Shown here: piece by piece, positions 52,876-61,443 of the stretch
Numbering within the stretch: position 1 is the first letter of the stretch
How the letters are laid out: every line of letters starts with the position of its first letter
From: a virus
Virus record (IMG/VR): IMGVR_UViG_3300036901_000131
DNA length: 61,443 bases
Direction: 5' to 3' (one strand)
Program-made: the position numbers and the translations under genes
Notes under the pieces: generated by a model
Database searches by the model: none
What the model saw: the letters and a program-made list of their open reading frames with translations, nothing else
Told to the model about the DNA's origin: nothing

Positions 52876-53307
52876 ATGACCCATGTCGCGAAAATCGTGA
52901 CGGCGTATGCCTCGAACCATCAAGTTGACGATCTTTCAGCCGTGGTCAAGAGCGTTAACGCGACGATGCGAAGTTTGAACGGCGGCGCGTCGAACGGGAG
53001 TAGCGAACCGGTGGCTCCGGCCAGACAACCACTTCAACCAGCCGTGCCACCACATAAATCCGTGTTCTCGGATTACATCGTCTGTCTGGAAGACGGCGAA
53101 AAACTGAAAATGCTAAAACGGCATCTCAGGACTTCTCATGGTATGACACCGGAGCAGTATCGTCAGAAGTGGAATTTGCCAGGCCACTATCCGATGGTGT
53201 GCCCGAATTACGCCGCGCAGCGAAGCGACCTCGCCAAAGAGCTTGGGCTCGGAACCATTGACAAGACCCCAAAGACGGTCGCCAGACGGGCGCGGAAGGC
53301 GGCTTAA
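52876..53307 (+). CDS. MucR/Ros family transcriptional regulator
   Basis: SDYIVCLEDGEKLKMLKRHLRTSHGMTPEQYRQKWNLPGHYPMVCPNYAAQRSDLAKELGLG closely matches the Ros/MucR core (IVCLECGKKFKTLKRHL…HGLTPEEYREKWGLP.DYPMVAPNYS..RS.LAK.LGLG). The second zinc-ligand Cys is Asp here. Confidence 0.7.
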   Translation: MTHVAKIVTAYASNHQVDDLSAVVKSVNATMRSLNGGASNGSSEPVAPARQPLQPAVPPHKSVFSDYIVCLEDGEKLKMLKRHLRTSHGMTPEQYRQKWNLPGHYPMVCPNYAAQRSDLAKELGLGTIDKTPKTVARRARKAA

Positions 53308-53308
53308 C

Positions 53309-53545
53309 ATGCCTACAAACTTCGCGGATATGCTCGATCAGGCGCGCGAAGCCTTGGAAAGGCAAATTGATGCAGAACCAGGGCACCCGCGTTATCAGGC
53401 CGAATGTGAGGTCACCCTCGACGATGACAGCCGGATCATCGTCACGTTGGATGTGAAGTTTCTGCCAAAGCCAACGGCTGTCGAGGGAGGATCAGTGGAA
53501 GGGGCGCGACCTGTCTGGTGCATTGAGCCGGAGGCTGATTCGTGA
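53309..53545 (+). CDS. hypothetical small protein
   Basis: 78 aa from the ATG 2 nt after the MucR stop codon (TAA at 53305..53307). Confidence 0.3.
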   Translation: MPTNFADMLDQAREALERQIDAEPGHPRYQAECEVTLDDDSRIIVTLDVKFLPKPTAVEGGSVEGARPVWCIEPEADS

Positions 53546-53602
53546 TCGTATCCTGCATGCGAATGCGCCGATGGCGAGGCGTTGTAGGGGAAATGGAACG
53601 GG

Positions 53603-54073
53603 TCATAATCTTACATAGGGACGGGGAATGGCACCTGGACTGATGTTATAGTCCCATATGTTGATTGTGCCGTCGTGTATCTCTCTGTGGCAATTGCTAC
53701 AGATCAGCACACATTTGTTCAACTCCTTGATCGCTTTTTCCTGCGTGAGGAGACCTTTTCTCGTTAAGGAGAATTCCTTTTCGCCAGGGATCAGATGGTG
53801 GAAGTCCAATGCAGCCAAAGATCGTTGATAGGAACAAACTTGACAACATCCGCCTTTGTAATCCACACACCATTGCTTGAAAGCTTTTCGTCGATATTGT
53901 TGCAGTTCATGCTTACAGGACTTGCAAATCTTGTCAAAGTAATCAACTTGGGCTGAATTGGATGATGGCTTTTTGGAAGCTTTGAAGAATTCTGAGATGG
54001 ATTTTTCGACAGAACATTCACGACACATAATTTTCGTTGAAATCATGCATCTATTTATCTTTTCGATTCGCAA
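53603..54073 (-). CDS. HNH homing-endonuclease-like protein
   Basis: CQVCSY…LDFHHLIPGEKEF…CVLICSNCHREIH carries the HNH motif with flanking Cys pairs. It lies immediately downstream of two tRNA genes on the same strand. Confidence 0.65.
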   Translation of the reverse strand: MRIEKINRCMISTKIMCRECSVEKSISEFFKASKKPSSNSAQVDYFDKICKSCKHELQQYRRKAFKQWCVDYKGGCCQVCSYQRSLAALDFHHLIPGEKEFSLTRKGLLTQEKAIKELNKCVLICSNCHREIHDGTINIWDYNISPGAIPRPYVRL

Positions 54074-54084
54074 TGCGAATCGAA

Positions 54085-54156
54085 AGCTGGCGGATGGATT
54101 CGAACCCTCGACACTCTCGTAGGCACCGAGAAACTCTACCTCTGAGTTACACCAGC
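54085..54156 (-). tRNA. tRNA, anticodon GCC (Gly) by hand folding; atypical
   Basis: Minus-strand read GCTGGTG-TA-ACTC-AGAGGTA-GAGT-T-TCTCG-GTGCCTA-CGAGA-GTGTC-GAGGG-TTCGAAT-CCATC-CGCCAGC. The 7-bp acceptor has one G.U. D and anticodon stems pair, with U33 and anticodon GCC. The T-stem has one mismatch and position 37 is U. No CCA is encoded. Confidence 0.45.
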
Positions 54157-54164
54157 AGAGGTAA

Positions 54165-54239
54165 TGGAGCGGATAGACGGAAATCGAACCGTCGTCCTCA
54201 GCTTGGAAGGCTGTGGCTCTACCATTGAGCTATATCCGC
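54165..54239 (-). tRNA. tRNA-Gly (anticodon UCC), CCA encoded
   Basis: Minus-strand read GCGGATA-TA-GCTC-AATGGTA-GAGC-C-ACAGC-CTTCCAA-GCTGA-GGAC-GACGG-TTCGATTT-CCGTC-TATCCGC-T-CCA. Perfect acceptor and D stems. The anticodon loop CUUCCAA and adjoining sequence closely resemble E. coli tRNA-Gly(UCC) (CAGCCTTCCAAGCTGA, GGTTCGATT). The T-loop is 8 nt as folded. Confidence 0.55.
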
Positions 54240-54292
54240 GTTGGCCCTATTTAGCATTACTCTCTCAGGAATGCAAGAGCATAAATATTGGC

Positions 54293-54673
54293 ATGTTCCG
54301 ATTAGACGAGATGATGGACCTGATTTCCACGCCGGTCGTGGTGAGGAATGATTTTGGCTTCAAGTTCAATATTTTAGACGCTTTCGCCAACCTGCGCGGA
54401 CTGCCTGTGGTGTTCGATGTCCGGTCGCGACCGGATTACCGCGTATACAGTGAGACGATCTGTGGCTTCGTCCATGAGATCACCACGATGAACGAGCATG
54501 TGTTCGTCAATTGGTACGTCTCTGATGATCCACTTGGCCGGGTCATCGCCGATGTCCTGCTGAAAATCACCCCAACCATGCCGCCGAGCATGACACCGAT
54601 CAGTCAATACCTGCTGGACTTCGTCAACTTTCAGATTCACATGCGAAATATCATCGGGTTCCGGCTGTCATGA
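54293..54673 (+). CDS. hypothetical protein
   Basis: Trimmed to the first ATG downstream of the tRNAs, giving 126 aa. Confidence 0.35.
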   Translation: MFRLDEMMDLISTPVVVRNDFGFKFNILDAFANLRGLPVVFDVRSRPDYRVYSETICGFVHEITTMNEHVFVNWYVSDDPLGRVIADVLLKITPTMPPSMTPISQYLLDFVNFQIHMRNIIGFRLS

Positions 54674-54795
54674 GGTTATCTGACCGCGCTGCATGTGCTG
54701 TTGGGTCATCTTGCGCGCGTGGCGCTGTGCCTTGCGCTTGGCTTTTTTATCGGCCTGCCGCTTAAGCAGCCATTCCGTCATCGTCACCGGTTTTT

Positions 54796-55074
54796 TCATG
54801 TCTTATCCTCAACGATCTTAGGGGCGTTCTTGAGCATGGCCCGGTACCGTATCTTGGTTTTCTCTCGGTTCACGGTCAGTTTCGATCCGGCAATATCCAA
54901 CCATCCGATCTTGGTGGTGAGCAACGCGTGCTCCACCATGTCATCGGTCGGTTCAGCGGGAACGATTTTGTAGCCTGAACTTTCTATCTCCGAGAGGAAA
55001 AAATCCAGCATCGTTTCAACCGTGAGGAAACTTCTCTGATTCGCTTTTTTCTTGATATTTTCATACAGTGCCAT
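54796..55074 (-). CDS. hypothetical protein
   Basis: 92-aa K/E-rich ORF. The overlapping plus-strand ORF 54695..54973 is rejected on composition. Confidence 0.3.
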   Translation of the reverse strand: MALYENIKKKANQRSFLTVETMLDFFLSEIESSGYKIVPAEPTDDMVEHALLTTKIGWLDIAGSKLTVNREKTKIRYRAMLKNAPKIVEDKT

Positions 55075-55288
55075 GATTTTCTCCGAAGGTGATGAGAGCG
55101 AACCTCATCTCGGGTACGTGCAACCCGATCCATTTGCGCCCTTATAGCAATTTCGTGGCACGAACTGCTGGGCCAAACGCTTAGGAACCCTCACATTACA
55201 GATCGACACATCGAGAGTCAATCGTTGACGCATCGGTGGCGTGGTAAAAAAATCCTGACGGACGCATCCGTCAGGATTTACAGAGGTC

Positions 55289-56071
55289 TTAGTAAACCGC
55301 CACGAATGCGGAACCATCACTGGTCACTGATTTTGTCCAGTTATAGACATTCCCCTCGGCGGTCGTGATGCGATTGGAATAGATGTGCGAGATGTATTCG
55401 GTTGGTCCGTTGACGCCAATCGAAGTCGCTGCCGTCGTGATGCCTGAGCCAGCCGTGTCAACGGTGACGGTTGAAACCGCGCCACTGGATACCGTCGCGA
55501 CATGCGCGGCGGGCTGTGTGGTCCCTACAACGCCATTGAAGATCAGGGTATCGCCATAAGGAGCACTGCCACCGGGAGCCGCGCCGCCGACATAGCCGGT
55601 TCCACTGGAGCCGGTGATCGTTCCCACCTTATATTTGAGATTGAAGGTCGCGCCTGATCCCGATTGCTGCGTGCCACCAGTGACCGCACCGGTTTGCGCG
55701 ACCGGGTTGGACAACAGGGCGGTGACAGAACCAATCGCCGAAATGCTGAACGTGGTGACCGCCCCACCGGTCACGGTGAGCACCGTGAGGGTCGCGCTGC
55801 CACTGCTAGCGAGGGTGATGATGTTGTTGGCGACATAGTTGGTGCCACCACTGTTCGCGAGCGTCGCTGAATCGACACCATAATGAACGGTGAACGAAGC
55901 GCCACTGGCGACCTTGTTGAGCGGGTAGGCGTAGATCGTGCAATAGGTTGGATTTGATGAAAGCGCCGAAGCAATCGCCACGGTTGGAGCCAACATCACG
56001 GTCGCGGTATGAGTGCCATCGGTGACGTTGAATTTCTGCGGGTTGAGTTGCTTGAGAATATATCCGTTCAC
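55289..56071 (-). CDS. Ser/Thr/Gly-rich probable virion surface or fibrous protein
   Basis: 260 aa with a low-complexity G/S/T/A/V composition of beta-rich type (…TGGAVTTFSISAIGSVTALLSNPVAQTGAVTGGTQQSGSGATF…). GC-rich antisense ORFs are rejected. Confidence 0.4.
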   Translation of the reverse strand: MNGYILKQLNPQKFNVTDGTHTATVMLAPTVAIASALSSNPTYCTIYAYPLNKVASGASFTVHYGVDSATLANSGGTNYVANNIITLASSGSATLTVLTVTGGAVTTFSISAIGSVTALLSNPVAQTGAVTGGTQQSGSGATFNLKYKVGTITGSSGTGYVGGAAPGGSAPYGDTLIFNGVVGTTQPAAHVATVSSGAVSTVTVDTAGSGITTAATSIGVNGPTEYISHIYSNRITTAEGNVYNWTKSVTSDGSAFVAVY

Positions 56072-56246
56072 GACACTGCTGCCGTTGTAGAAACTAACTT
56101 CGATTCCAGTTGGACCAAAGTTATGAGCATTGATCCAGAGATTTCTTATATTTATCGGAGCCGCGTTTTTTGCGTGCCATTACGACTTGACGTGATGGCT
56201 TCATCGGATAAACTGCCGTCAAGGAGATCACGAAGATGCCCGTGAC

Positions 56247-56966
56247 ATGATCAGCGTAAGCTACACTTCGGCGCAGCGAGCCAACGGACGCGTCTACCTC
56301 AAGGCCATGATCCCCAAGGCGCGGCAGTGGATCGCCGAAGCAAAGAATGCGGAAGTCAAGGCGATCTCAGCCATCGCCAAATCAGCGGCTCAGCACGTCA
56401 CGGAGGAGAAACTCGATTCCTTCATCATCTATCAGACTGCCACCGGATGGCATGCCGATGTTCTGCTCAAGAAAATGCCGCCTGGCGTCCCAACGATCTG
56501 CGGTTCTCAGTCAATGTCGCCATCTCGAACGAAAGAGGAGGCGGAGCAGAACGGTCTGATGATGCTCGCGGGTATGCTCATGCTCGCTGATGAGAACAAA
56601 ACCAAGAAAGGCGGCAAACTCAGACCACCCGTCTTCAATCTTTATGATAGAGCGATCAATTTGGTGCCTGAATTTTTCACCGATCTTCAGTCCATGCTGC
56701 CCGAAGGTGTTCCGCTTCGATTGATCGGATTCCTCAATCACGAGGAGGCCATTCAGAGAATAGAAGCGGCATTGGATCAATTTCTTCCACAATTACGCGA
56801 GACGAATGGAAAAAAACTGGACCTCAGATTGAAGCGACTGCCTCGGAACGAACTCATCATGCTGATGAGCACGCTGCACCGGGCGGCGATGACCGGAGTC
56901 CCGGAATATCCGGCGAGAACGGCAACAACCGCCACGTATCACACGGAACACACCACCAGACAGTAG
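56247..56966 (+). CDS. hypothetical protein
   Basis: 239-aa ORF with natural composition. Overlapping alternative-frame ORFs are rejected. Confidence 0.4.
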   Translation: MISVSYTSAQRANGRVYLKAMIPKARQWIAEAKNAEVKAISAIAKSAAQHVTEEKLDSFIIYQTATGWHADVLLKKMPPGVPTICGSQSMSPSRTKEEAEQNGLMMLAGMLMLADENKTKKGGKLRPPVFNLYDRAINLVPEFFTDLQSMLPEGVPLRLIGFLNHEEAIQRIEAALDQFLPQLRETNGKKLDLRLKRLPRNELIMLMSTLHRAAMTGVPEYPARTATTATYHTEHTTRQ

Positions 56967-57094
56967 TGTGGTAATTTTACAACGATGATTTTTTTGACCC
57001 TTTGCCCTTGATTTCCTATTGCGTCACCCCAGCAAAAATGCTTTTTGCGCCCTCCCGCACAACATCTCTCGGAAAGGAGAATCGGAGGTGCAAA

Positions 57095-57307
57095 ATGGTC
57101 AGCTTGTTTCATGTTTTTCAGGTCGCGACCGATTACGGTTACGCGGCTTTCATCGAGTTCTTCGTCGACATGGGCGACCAGGCGGTCACGCACGTGATCG
57201 CGGTCATCGTGTTCAAGGCGGGCGCGATTCATGTTGGCTGGAAGGTCTTCAAGCACGTCCGTCGCAAGAAGGTCGGGTCGAAGATCGTCGACCCGAGTGT
57301 CGAATGA
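57095..57307 (+). CDS. small hydrophobic protein
   Basis: 70 aa from the ATG preceded by GGAGAATCGGAGG. MVSLFHVFQVATDYGYAAFIEFFVDMGDQAVTHVIAVIVF. Confidence 0.3.
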   Translation: MVSLFHVFQVATDYGYAAFIEFFVDMGDQAVTHVIAVIVFKAGAIHVGWKVFKHVRRKKVGSKIVDPSVE

Positions 57308-57483
57308 GCTAATTCATCCTCTTTGCTAAACTCAAGATTTTTTCTTGAGTTTGGCCAAGAGGATGAGCCTCTTTCCGCATGGGTCATCGAGTCAGTCACT
57401 ACCTGCGATGATAGGCTGGACGGTGATTCCGAGGATGGGAGCGCCCCATGTTTTCGCAGGCTTGCGAGGCGCTCCCGTTCGAC

Positions 57484-58299
57484 TCAATCATTCGTCAGGC
57501 CATGCTTCCGCAATTCATTGGAAGTCATCTGATGTTTGGTCACGTAGTACCAATCATCCGAATAAACATTGGTGCGAAGAACCGCGTCCATCCGCTGCTC
57601 CGGAACGATCTTGCGTTTGGTCTCACCATCCACGATGAAGGCGACGATGCGTGCCGGGGGAACCTGTGCGTAAGTCACCATGTACCAGATGCCGCCAAGC
57701 AGCAGAGCATCGGTGTCATCATCCAACGGTTTGATCGTCATGTGATTGGTTCTGGGATCACGCCATGGCGAGGTCGCCGGACGAAGAATGCCGTCCTCGC
57801 CTTTCACGTAGTGATAGCCACGGTGCCAAGTGTAAATGGTTTTGTCTTTGTAGCCGTAGAGGCTGTGACGATCCTCGACAGAGGAGCGAATGATGCCATC
57901 CCGAGGATCGACATACAGACCCTTGGAACGGATGCTGCCATAGCGAGAGGTGCCATGGCAAAATACTTCATCACCAACCATGTAGGTGTTGATTTCGATC
58001 TCGTCACGGGCGTGCCCGAGCAGATGCTGATCCATCAGGTTGCCGTTCGGAACCGTCTGGCAAATCTCCGACCACACTTCGTCATACGGCCTGCCAACAC
58101 AACTCCACATATAGCGGATCAGCGGCGTGATGTGGTCTGTGAAATCTTTCGTATAGTCCTGATAGGGACGGCGCATGCCCTGAAAATAGGGCAAATCTTC
58201 CAAATCGCCACGATTTTCCTTTTGACGGACATCGTGGTAGCCATCGGCACTGTGAGTGCGAGGACTCTCACAAAGTACCTTCTTCATATCTGATCTCAT
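57484..58299 (-). CDS. hypothetical protein
   Basis: 271 aa with natural, aromatic- and charged-residue-rich composition. The fully overlapping plus-strand 281-aa ORF has antisense-like Ile/Val/Arg bias and is rejected. Confidence 0.45.
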   Translation of the reverse strand: MRSDMKKVLCESPRTHSADGYHDVRQKENRGDLEDLPYFQGMRRPYQDYTKDFTDHITPLIRYMWSCVGRPYDEVWSEICQTVPNGNLMDQHLLGHARDEIEINTYMVGDEVFCHGTSRYGSIRSKGLYVDPRDGIIRSSVEDRHSLYGYKDKTIYTWHRGYHYVKGEDGILRPATSPWRDPRTNHMTIKPLDDDTDALLLGGIWYMVTYAQVPPARIVAFIVDGETKRKIVPEQRMDAVLRTNVYSDDWYYVTKHQMTSNELRKHGLTND

Positions 58300-58421
58300 G
58301 AAATGCTCTCCTGAGCTTACGGGTTCACTTGATCATGATGAGTCTCCTGTGGTTAGATTAAGCTACTGACGCTATATATCGCGACGGTGATTGTCAAGCT
58401 TGGTTTTGGCTAAATATCTGC

Positions 58422-59198
58422 ATGTTCAGAACTCTCATCACCTTGCTCGAAGACTCCGACTCGCATACGCCCGTGTGGCATGGCGCGTCCAAGGAGGACG
58501 CCAAGGTCATTCTTCATCATCCCACCCTGTCGGACGGAGAGTTCGGCTACGGCTTCTACACCGTTCCATCACCAGCCCTAGCGGAGGATGAGGATGAGGA
58601 ACGGGTCATTCTGGAATACCGGGTGAAGGAGAACATCCGCATCCTCGATCTCGATGATAACGCCGATCTCCACCTCTGGATGCGTTACCATCATCATCTG
58701 CACAATCCCCATCTCTGGAAACTGCTGTATGAGGTCGGGATCGATGGCGTGATGAACGATTCTAGCATGTGTTTCTACAATCTCGACGCCCTGCAATTCG
58801 AACGAGTGTACTCCGGGGTGATCGAAGACCCGCTGGAGGAAACCGACACGAAACTGCTGGATGAGGTCGCGCTGGGCGGGCTCGCGAGATGCACCGCCGT
58901 GACGATCAACGCCTTGCTGGCGGACTTCCATCTGCGCCCGATCATCCTGCGCGATGTGCCGGTCGATAATCCTGGCGTGCTGCGCGTGCTGACCATGAAG
59001 GGTCTGTCCTACAAACCATTCCCGTTTGACGCGGGCAGGACGGTGCAGCAATTCGTCGGCGTGCATAAGATGTACGACTGGTATCTGTTGACACCAGGCC
59101 ATGCCATGGCCTTGATCCGAGGCGAGTTGTTCGACGCCGAGAACAAGGGACCGGACGGCAGGAAGCTCCAGGCCGTGTTTCAGATCAGCAGGAGATAA
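58422..59198 (+). CDS. hypothetical protein
   Basis: 258-aa ORF. The antisense 174-aa ORF is rejected. Confidence 0.4.
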   Translation: MFRTLITLLEDSDSHTPVWHGASKEDAKVILHHPTLSDGEFGYGFYTVPSPALAEDEDEERVILEYRVKENIRILDLDDNADLHLWMRYHHHLHNPHLWKLLYEVGIDGVMNDSSMCFYNLDALQFERVYSGVIEDPLEETDTKLLDEVALGGLARCTAVTINALLADFHLRPIILRDVPVDNPGVLRVLTMKGLSYKPFPFDAGRTVQQFVGVHKMYDWYLLTPGHAMALIRGELFDAENKGPDGRKLQAVFQISRR

Positions 59199-59200
59199 TC

Positions 59201-59569
59201 ATGCTCATGAGGGAAATCCTGGAAAGCTCGGACTGGGGTCGCCCGCCCGATGACAATGAACGACAAACCATTGTCAACAATACCGAGGATGAATATCGGT
59301 TGCCAAACCTCGCTTCAATTCTTCCTGAGGATTACTGGCATCCGGTCGTGAAAGTCCTGCTTAAAAATGGCGATCCGAACGTCACTATCTATCGCGGCGT
59401 TCCTGATGGCGTGTCCGAAATACGACCGGGAGACTGGGTCGCTTTGTCACGTTCCTACGCAGCGCAGCATAATGGGGGCAATGTCATCTCAAAACGTGTA
59501 CCGGTAGCGGATGTCGCCTGGGCGGGCACGGACATCAACGAATACTACTATGTTCCCATTCGTCAGTGA
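59201..59569 (+). CDS. hypothetical protein
   Basis: 122-aa ORF tightly following the previous gene. Confidence 0.4.
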   Translation: MLMREILESSDWGRPPDDNERQTIVNNTEDEYRLPNLASILPEDYWHPVVKVLLKNGDPNVTIYRGVPDGVSEIRPGDWVALSRSYAAQHNGGNVISKRVPVADVAWAGTDINEYYYVPIRQ

Positions 59570-59793
59570 CGTGCTTCCCATATATCAAGCGCGATGACTG
59601 AGCATATCAGATCGGCGCAGATCAACGTTCCTGGCGTGAACCAACGAAGTTTCTCTCGATCTGATGGATGTTTATTGCAATAATCGCAATAATACGCGTT
59701 TCGATTTGGGAACCGTTCGGCGATCTGACCACATTGTGGTGGCGCTACGAGCAAACGAGGCTCCCACGTTTCATGATGAGAGCCTCGCGTTGA

Positions 59794-60492
59794 TCAGGCG
59801 ATGGCGGTCGTTCTGCGATACGTCACCGTGGCGCGCATGGTCAGCTTGACGGCGTTGCCGAGCGTCTCCTCGCCAGATGGACCGGATGGGCCGGAGGCAC
59901 CCGCGAGGAAGCCAGAGCCGTAGGATTGCGCCATGGCCGTCTTGGAAGACAGTGTCCGCGTGTTTGAATAGTCATTGGTCACCGGCTGGAAGGTCACCGT
60001 ACCAACACGATAATTCGACGCCATCACCTTATTGATGACATGAAGTTCAGTATTGGATTTTTTCAGCAGATCGACACGCAGCGCGCTTTCATTCTCCTCG
60101 ATCATGCTCATGGGTGGGGTCGTGTCGGCGCTGATGTCGGTGATGCTCAGACCCTCCGTGGATACGGCACGGGTCCGCTTGTCGAGGCCGTAATTCTCCT
60201 TCTCGGAGACGCGCGCCGACGCCTGAAGGTCGATTTGCTCCATGCCGGACGAAGTGGTGCTTCTCGCGATATTCGAAAAACTCCATGTCGCGTCAGGAAT
60301 GAACTTCTTCATCATCTCTCGGATGCGCTCTTGCAGCTTCGGTTCGGTCATGTCCGACGTGACCATGCCGGAGATGGAGGCGACCATTTTCACGGTGTTG
60401 TTGACGATAGTACGTTCTGATAGCAATACGAACGTGATGTCATCCTGAACTGTATCTTTAGGCATCAAAATTTTCCTGTGGTTGAACGGCAA
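59794..60492 (-). CDS. hypothetical protein
   Basis: 232-aa ORF. No motif recognised. Confidence 0.4.
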   Translation of the reverse strand: MPFNHRKILMPKDTVQDDITFVLLSERTIVNNTVKMVASISGMVTSDMTEPKLQERIREMMKKFIPDATWSFSNIARSTTSSGMEQIDLQASARVSEKENYGLDKRTRAVSTEGLSITDISADTTPPMSMIEENESALRVDLLKKSNTELHVINKVMASNYRVGTVTFQPVTNDYSNTRTLSSKTAMAQSYGSGFLAGASGPSGPSGEETLGNAVKLTMRATVTYRRTTAIA

Positions 60493-60569
60493 ATCATAAC
60501 AGCATCTGCACTCAAATGGGAGTCATTTTTTCATAATTCCTGAGATATCAGAGTTCGTTTCTTCGAACT

Positions 60570-61443
60570 TCAAACATTCATCTGTAGGGGCGTGACACGT
60601 TCCATGATCATCTTGTTTCTGACGTGCGCCCAGGCATATGAGCAGAAGTTGATTTTCTCCATCAGGGCATTGAGCACACTGGGATCGCCGAGGAGTTGGT
60701 CGAATTTGGTCGGATTGGTTTGCCAACGACCGACGATGGTCGTCCAGTTGAACACGTTGATGAAATTGTTCAGTTCCACGAGTTGATCGCAATGGCTGGC
60801 ACTCGTTGCCGCCTTGATCTGTCCGCCGAGCCCGGTGTTCTCCAATGAGGGATGCACGATGTAAGTGTGAAGTGTCTGGTCAACGTAATAAATTCCGCGC
60901 TCAAGCAGCGCCATCATCGGCAGGATCATGTCTTGCTGTTCACAACCCACCAAGGGGCCGTGTTTTTGGTAGAGATCACGCGCCCACGCCGATGAACCCG
61001 CCGAACCGACCTGATGCCGGATCATTTCGACTGGTGTCAACCAGCGAGACGCTCGATTCGGAAACTCAGTGTAGAATGGAGTGCTTTCCATTTCATCCAT
61101 GTAGCACACGCCAGTGTTCACGTAGGATGGGTCGAATTCCTCGAACGCGCGAACCGTATGCAACGCGCGATCCGGATGATTGAGATCATCGGCGCTGCAT
61201 GAGATGACGATGTCACCCTCGATCTGGGTATCAATGTAGTTCAGGTGCCGGTTCAATCCGGCCATGCCTTTGTAGGAGGTGTCCGCGCATGACAAAATGC
61301 GTACTTTGTTCGGGCCATCATATTCGTCGGCGAGTCTCTTGATGATGTCGAGAGACCCATCCGTGGATTCCTGATCACTGATCACGATCTCCATGGGGAA
61401 ATACGATTGGTCGAGGATCGAGCGCACGGTTTTCTCCACGTGC
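60570..61443 (-). CDS. family-2 glycosyltransferase (N-terminus beyond window end)
   Basis: VEKTVRSILDQSYFPMEIVISDQESTDGS is the GT-A/GT2 N-terminal signature (…S.L.Q.….E.I.VDDGSTD). The ORF runs off the right edge. Confidence 0.65.
   Translation of the reverse strand, partial: HVEKTVRSILDQSYFPMEIVISDQESTDGSLDIIKRLADEYDGPNKVRILSCADTSYKGMAGLNRHLNYIDTQIEGDIVISCSADDLNHPDRALHTVRAFEEFDPSYVNTGVCYMDEMESTPFYTEFPNRASRWLTPVEMIRHQVGSAGSSAWARDLYQKHGPLVGCEQQDMILPMMALLERGIYYVDQTLHTYIVHPSLENTGLGGQIKAATSASHCDQLVELNNFINVFNWTTIVGRWQTNPTKFDQLLGDPSVLNALMEKINFCSYAWAHVRNKMIMERVTPLQMNV

Noticed and set aside
57448-58293. 281-aa plus-strand ORF fully overlapping the 271-aa minus-strand ORF
   Set aside because: The plus-strand translation is Ile/Val/Ala/Arg-rich with few acidic or aromatic residues. 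The minus-strand product has natural composition.
1-61443. Possibility that the window is bacterial chromosome rather than phage, given ClpX, ClpS, IF-3, IbpA, PurA and MucR
   Set aside because: A T4-type split topoisomerase II, an RnlA homolog, tandem fibers, an HNH endonuclease beside tRNAs, an NT5C gene and very dense small-ORF operons argue for a large T4-like phage or prophage carrying cellular-type accessory genes. A prophage state cannot be excluded from this window alone.

Overview
This window reads as an accessory-rich stretch of a large T4-like myovirus genome, probably infecting an alphaproteobacterium, rather than bacterial chromosome. The phage call rests on a T4-type split topoisomerase II (gp39-like 30371..32230 and gp52-like 32232..33638), a T4 RnlA-like RNA ligase, two tandem paralogous tail fibers with YadA/Hep_Hag-type 14-residue repeats, and an HNH endonuclease beside two tRNA genes. 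A MucR/Ros regulator hints at an alphaproteobacterial host. Layered on that backbone is a striking set of cellular-type genes. The most unusual is a full-length Major Vault Protein homolog (27291..30011). There is also a clustered proteostasis and translation set (ClpS, Hsp20/IbpA-like, IF-3, ClpX), a J-domain/kinase-like fusion, a PurA homolog that may be PurZ-like, a histone H1-like basic protein, a sulfotransferase co-operonic with the tail fibers, and a MoxR AAA+ plus VWA/HExxH pair. Other ordinary-looking enzymes include an ADP-ribosylglycohydrolase, a Nudix/NrtR-like protein, an NT5C deoxyribonucleotidase, and CHAD, Smr and GT2 proteins. A ~600 bp non-coding island (21596..22221) holds at least 10 degenerate direct repeats, each a hairpin-like imperfect inverted repeat plus a conserved ACGAAAAY tail, with unique spacers between them. 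Every product call is by eye from motifs and remembered family sequences with no database search, and starts are approximate where adjusted from the ORF track.
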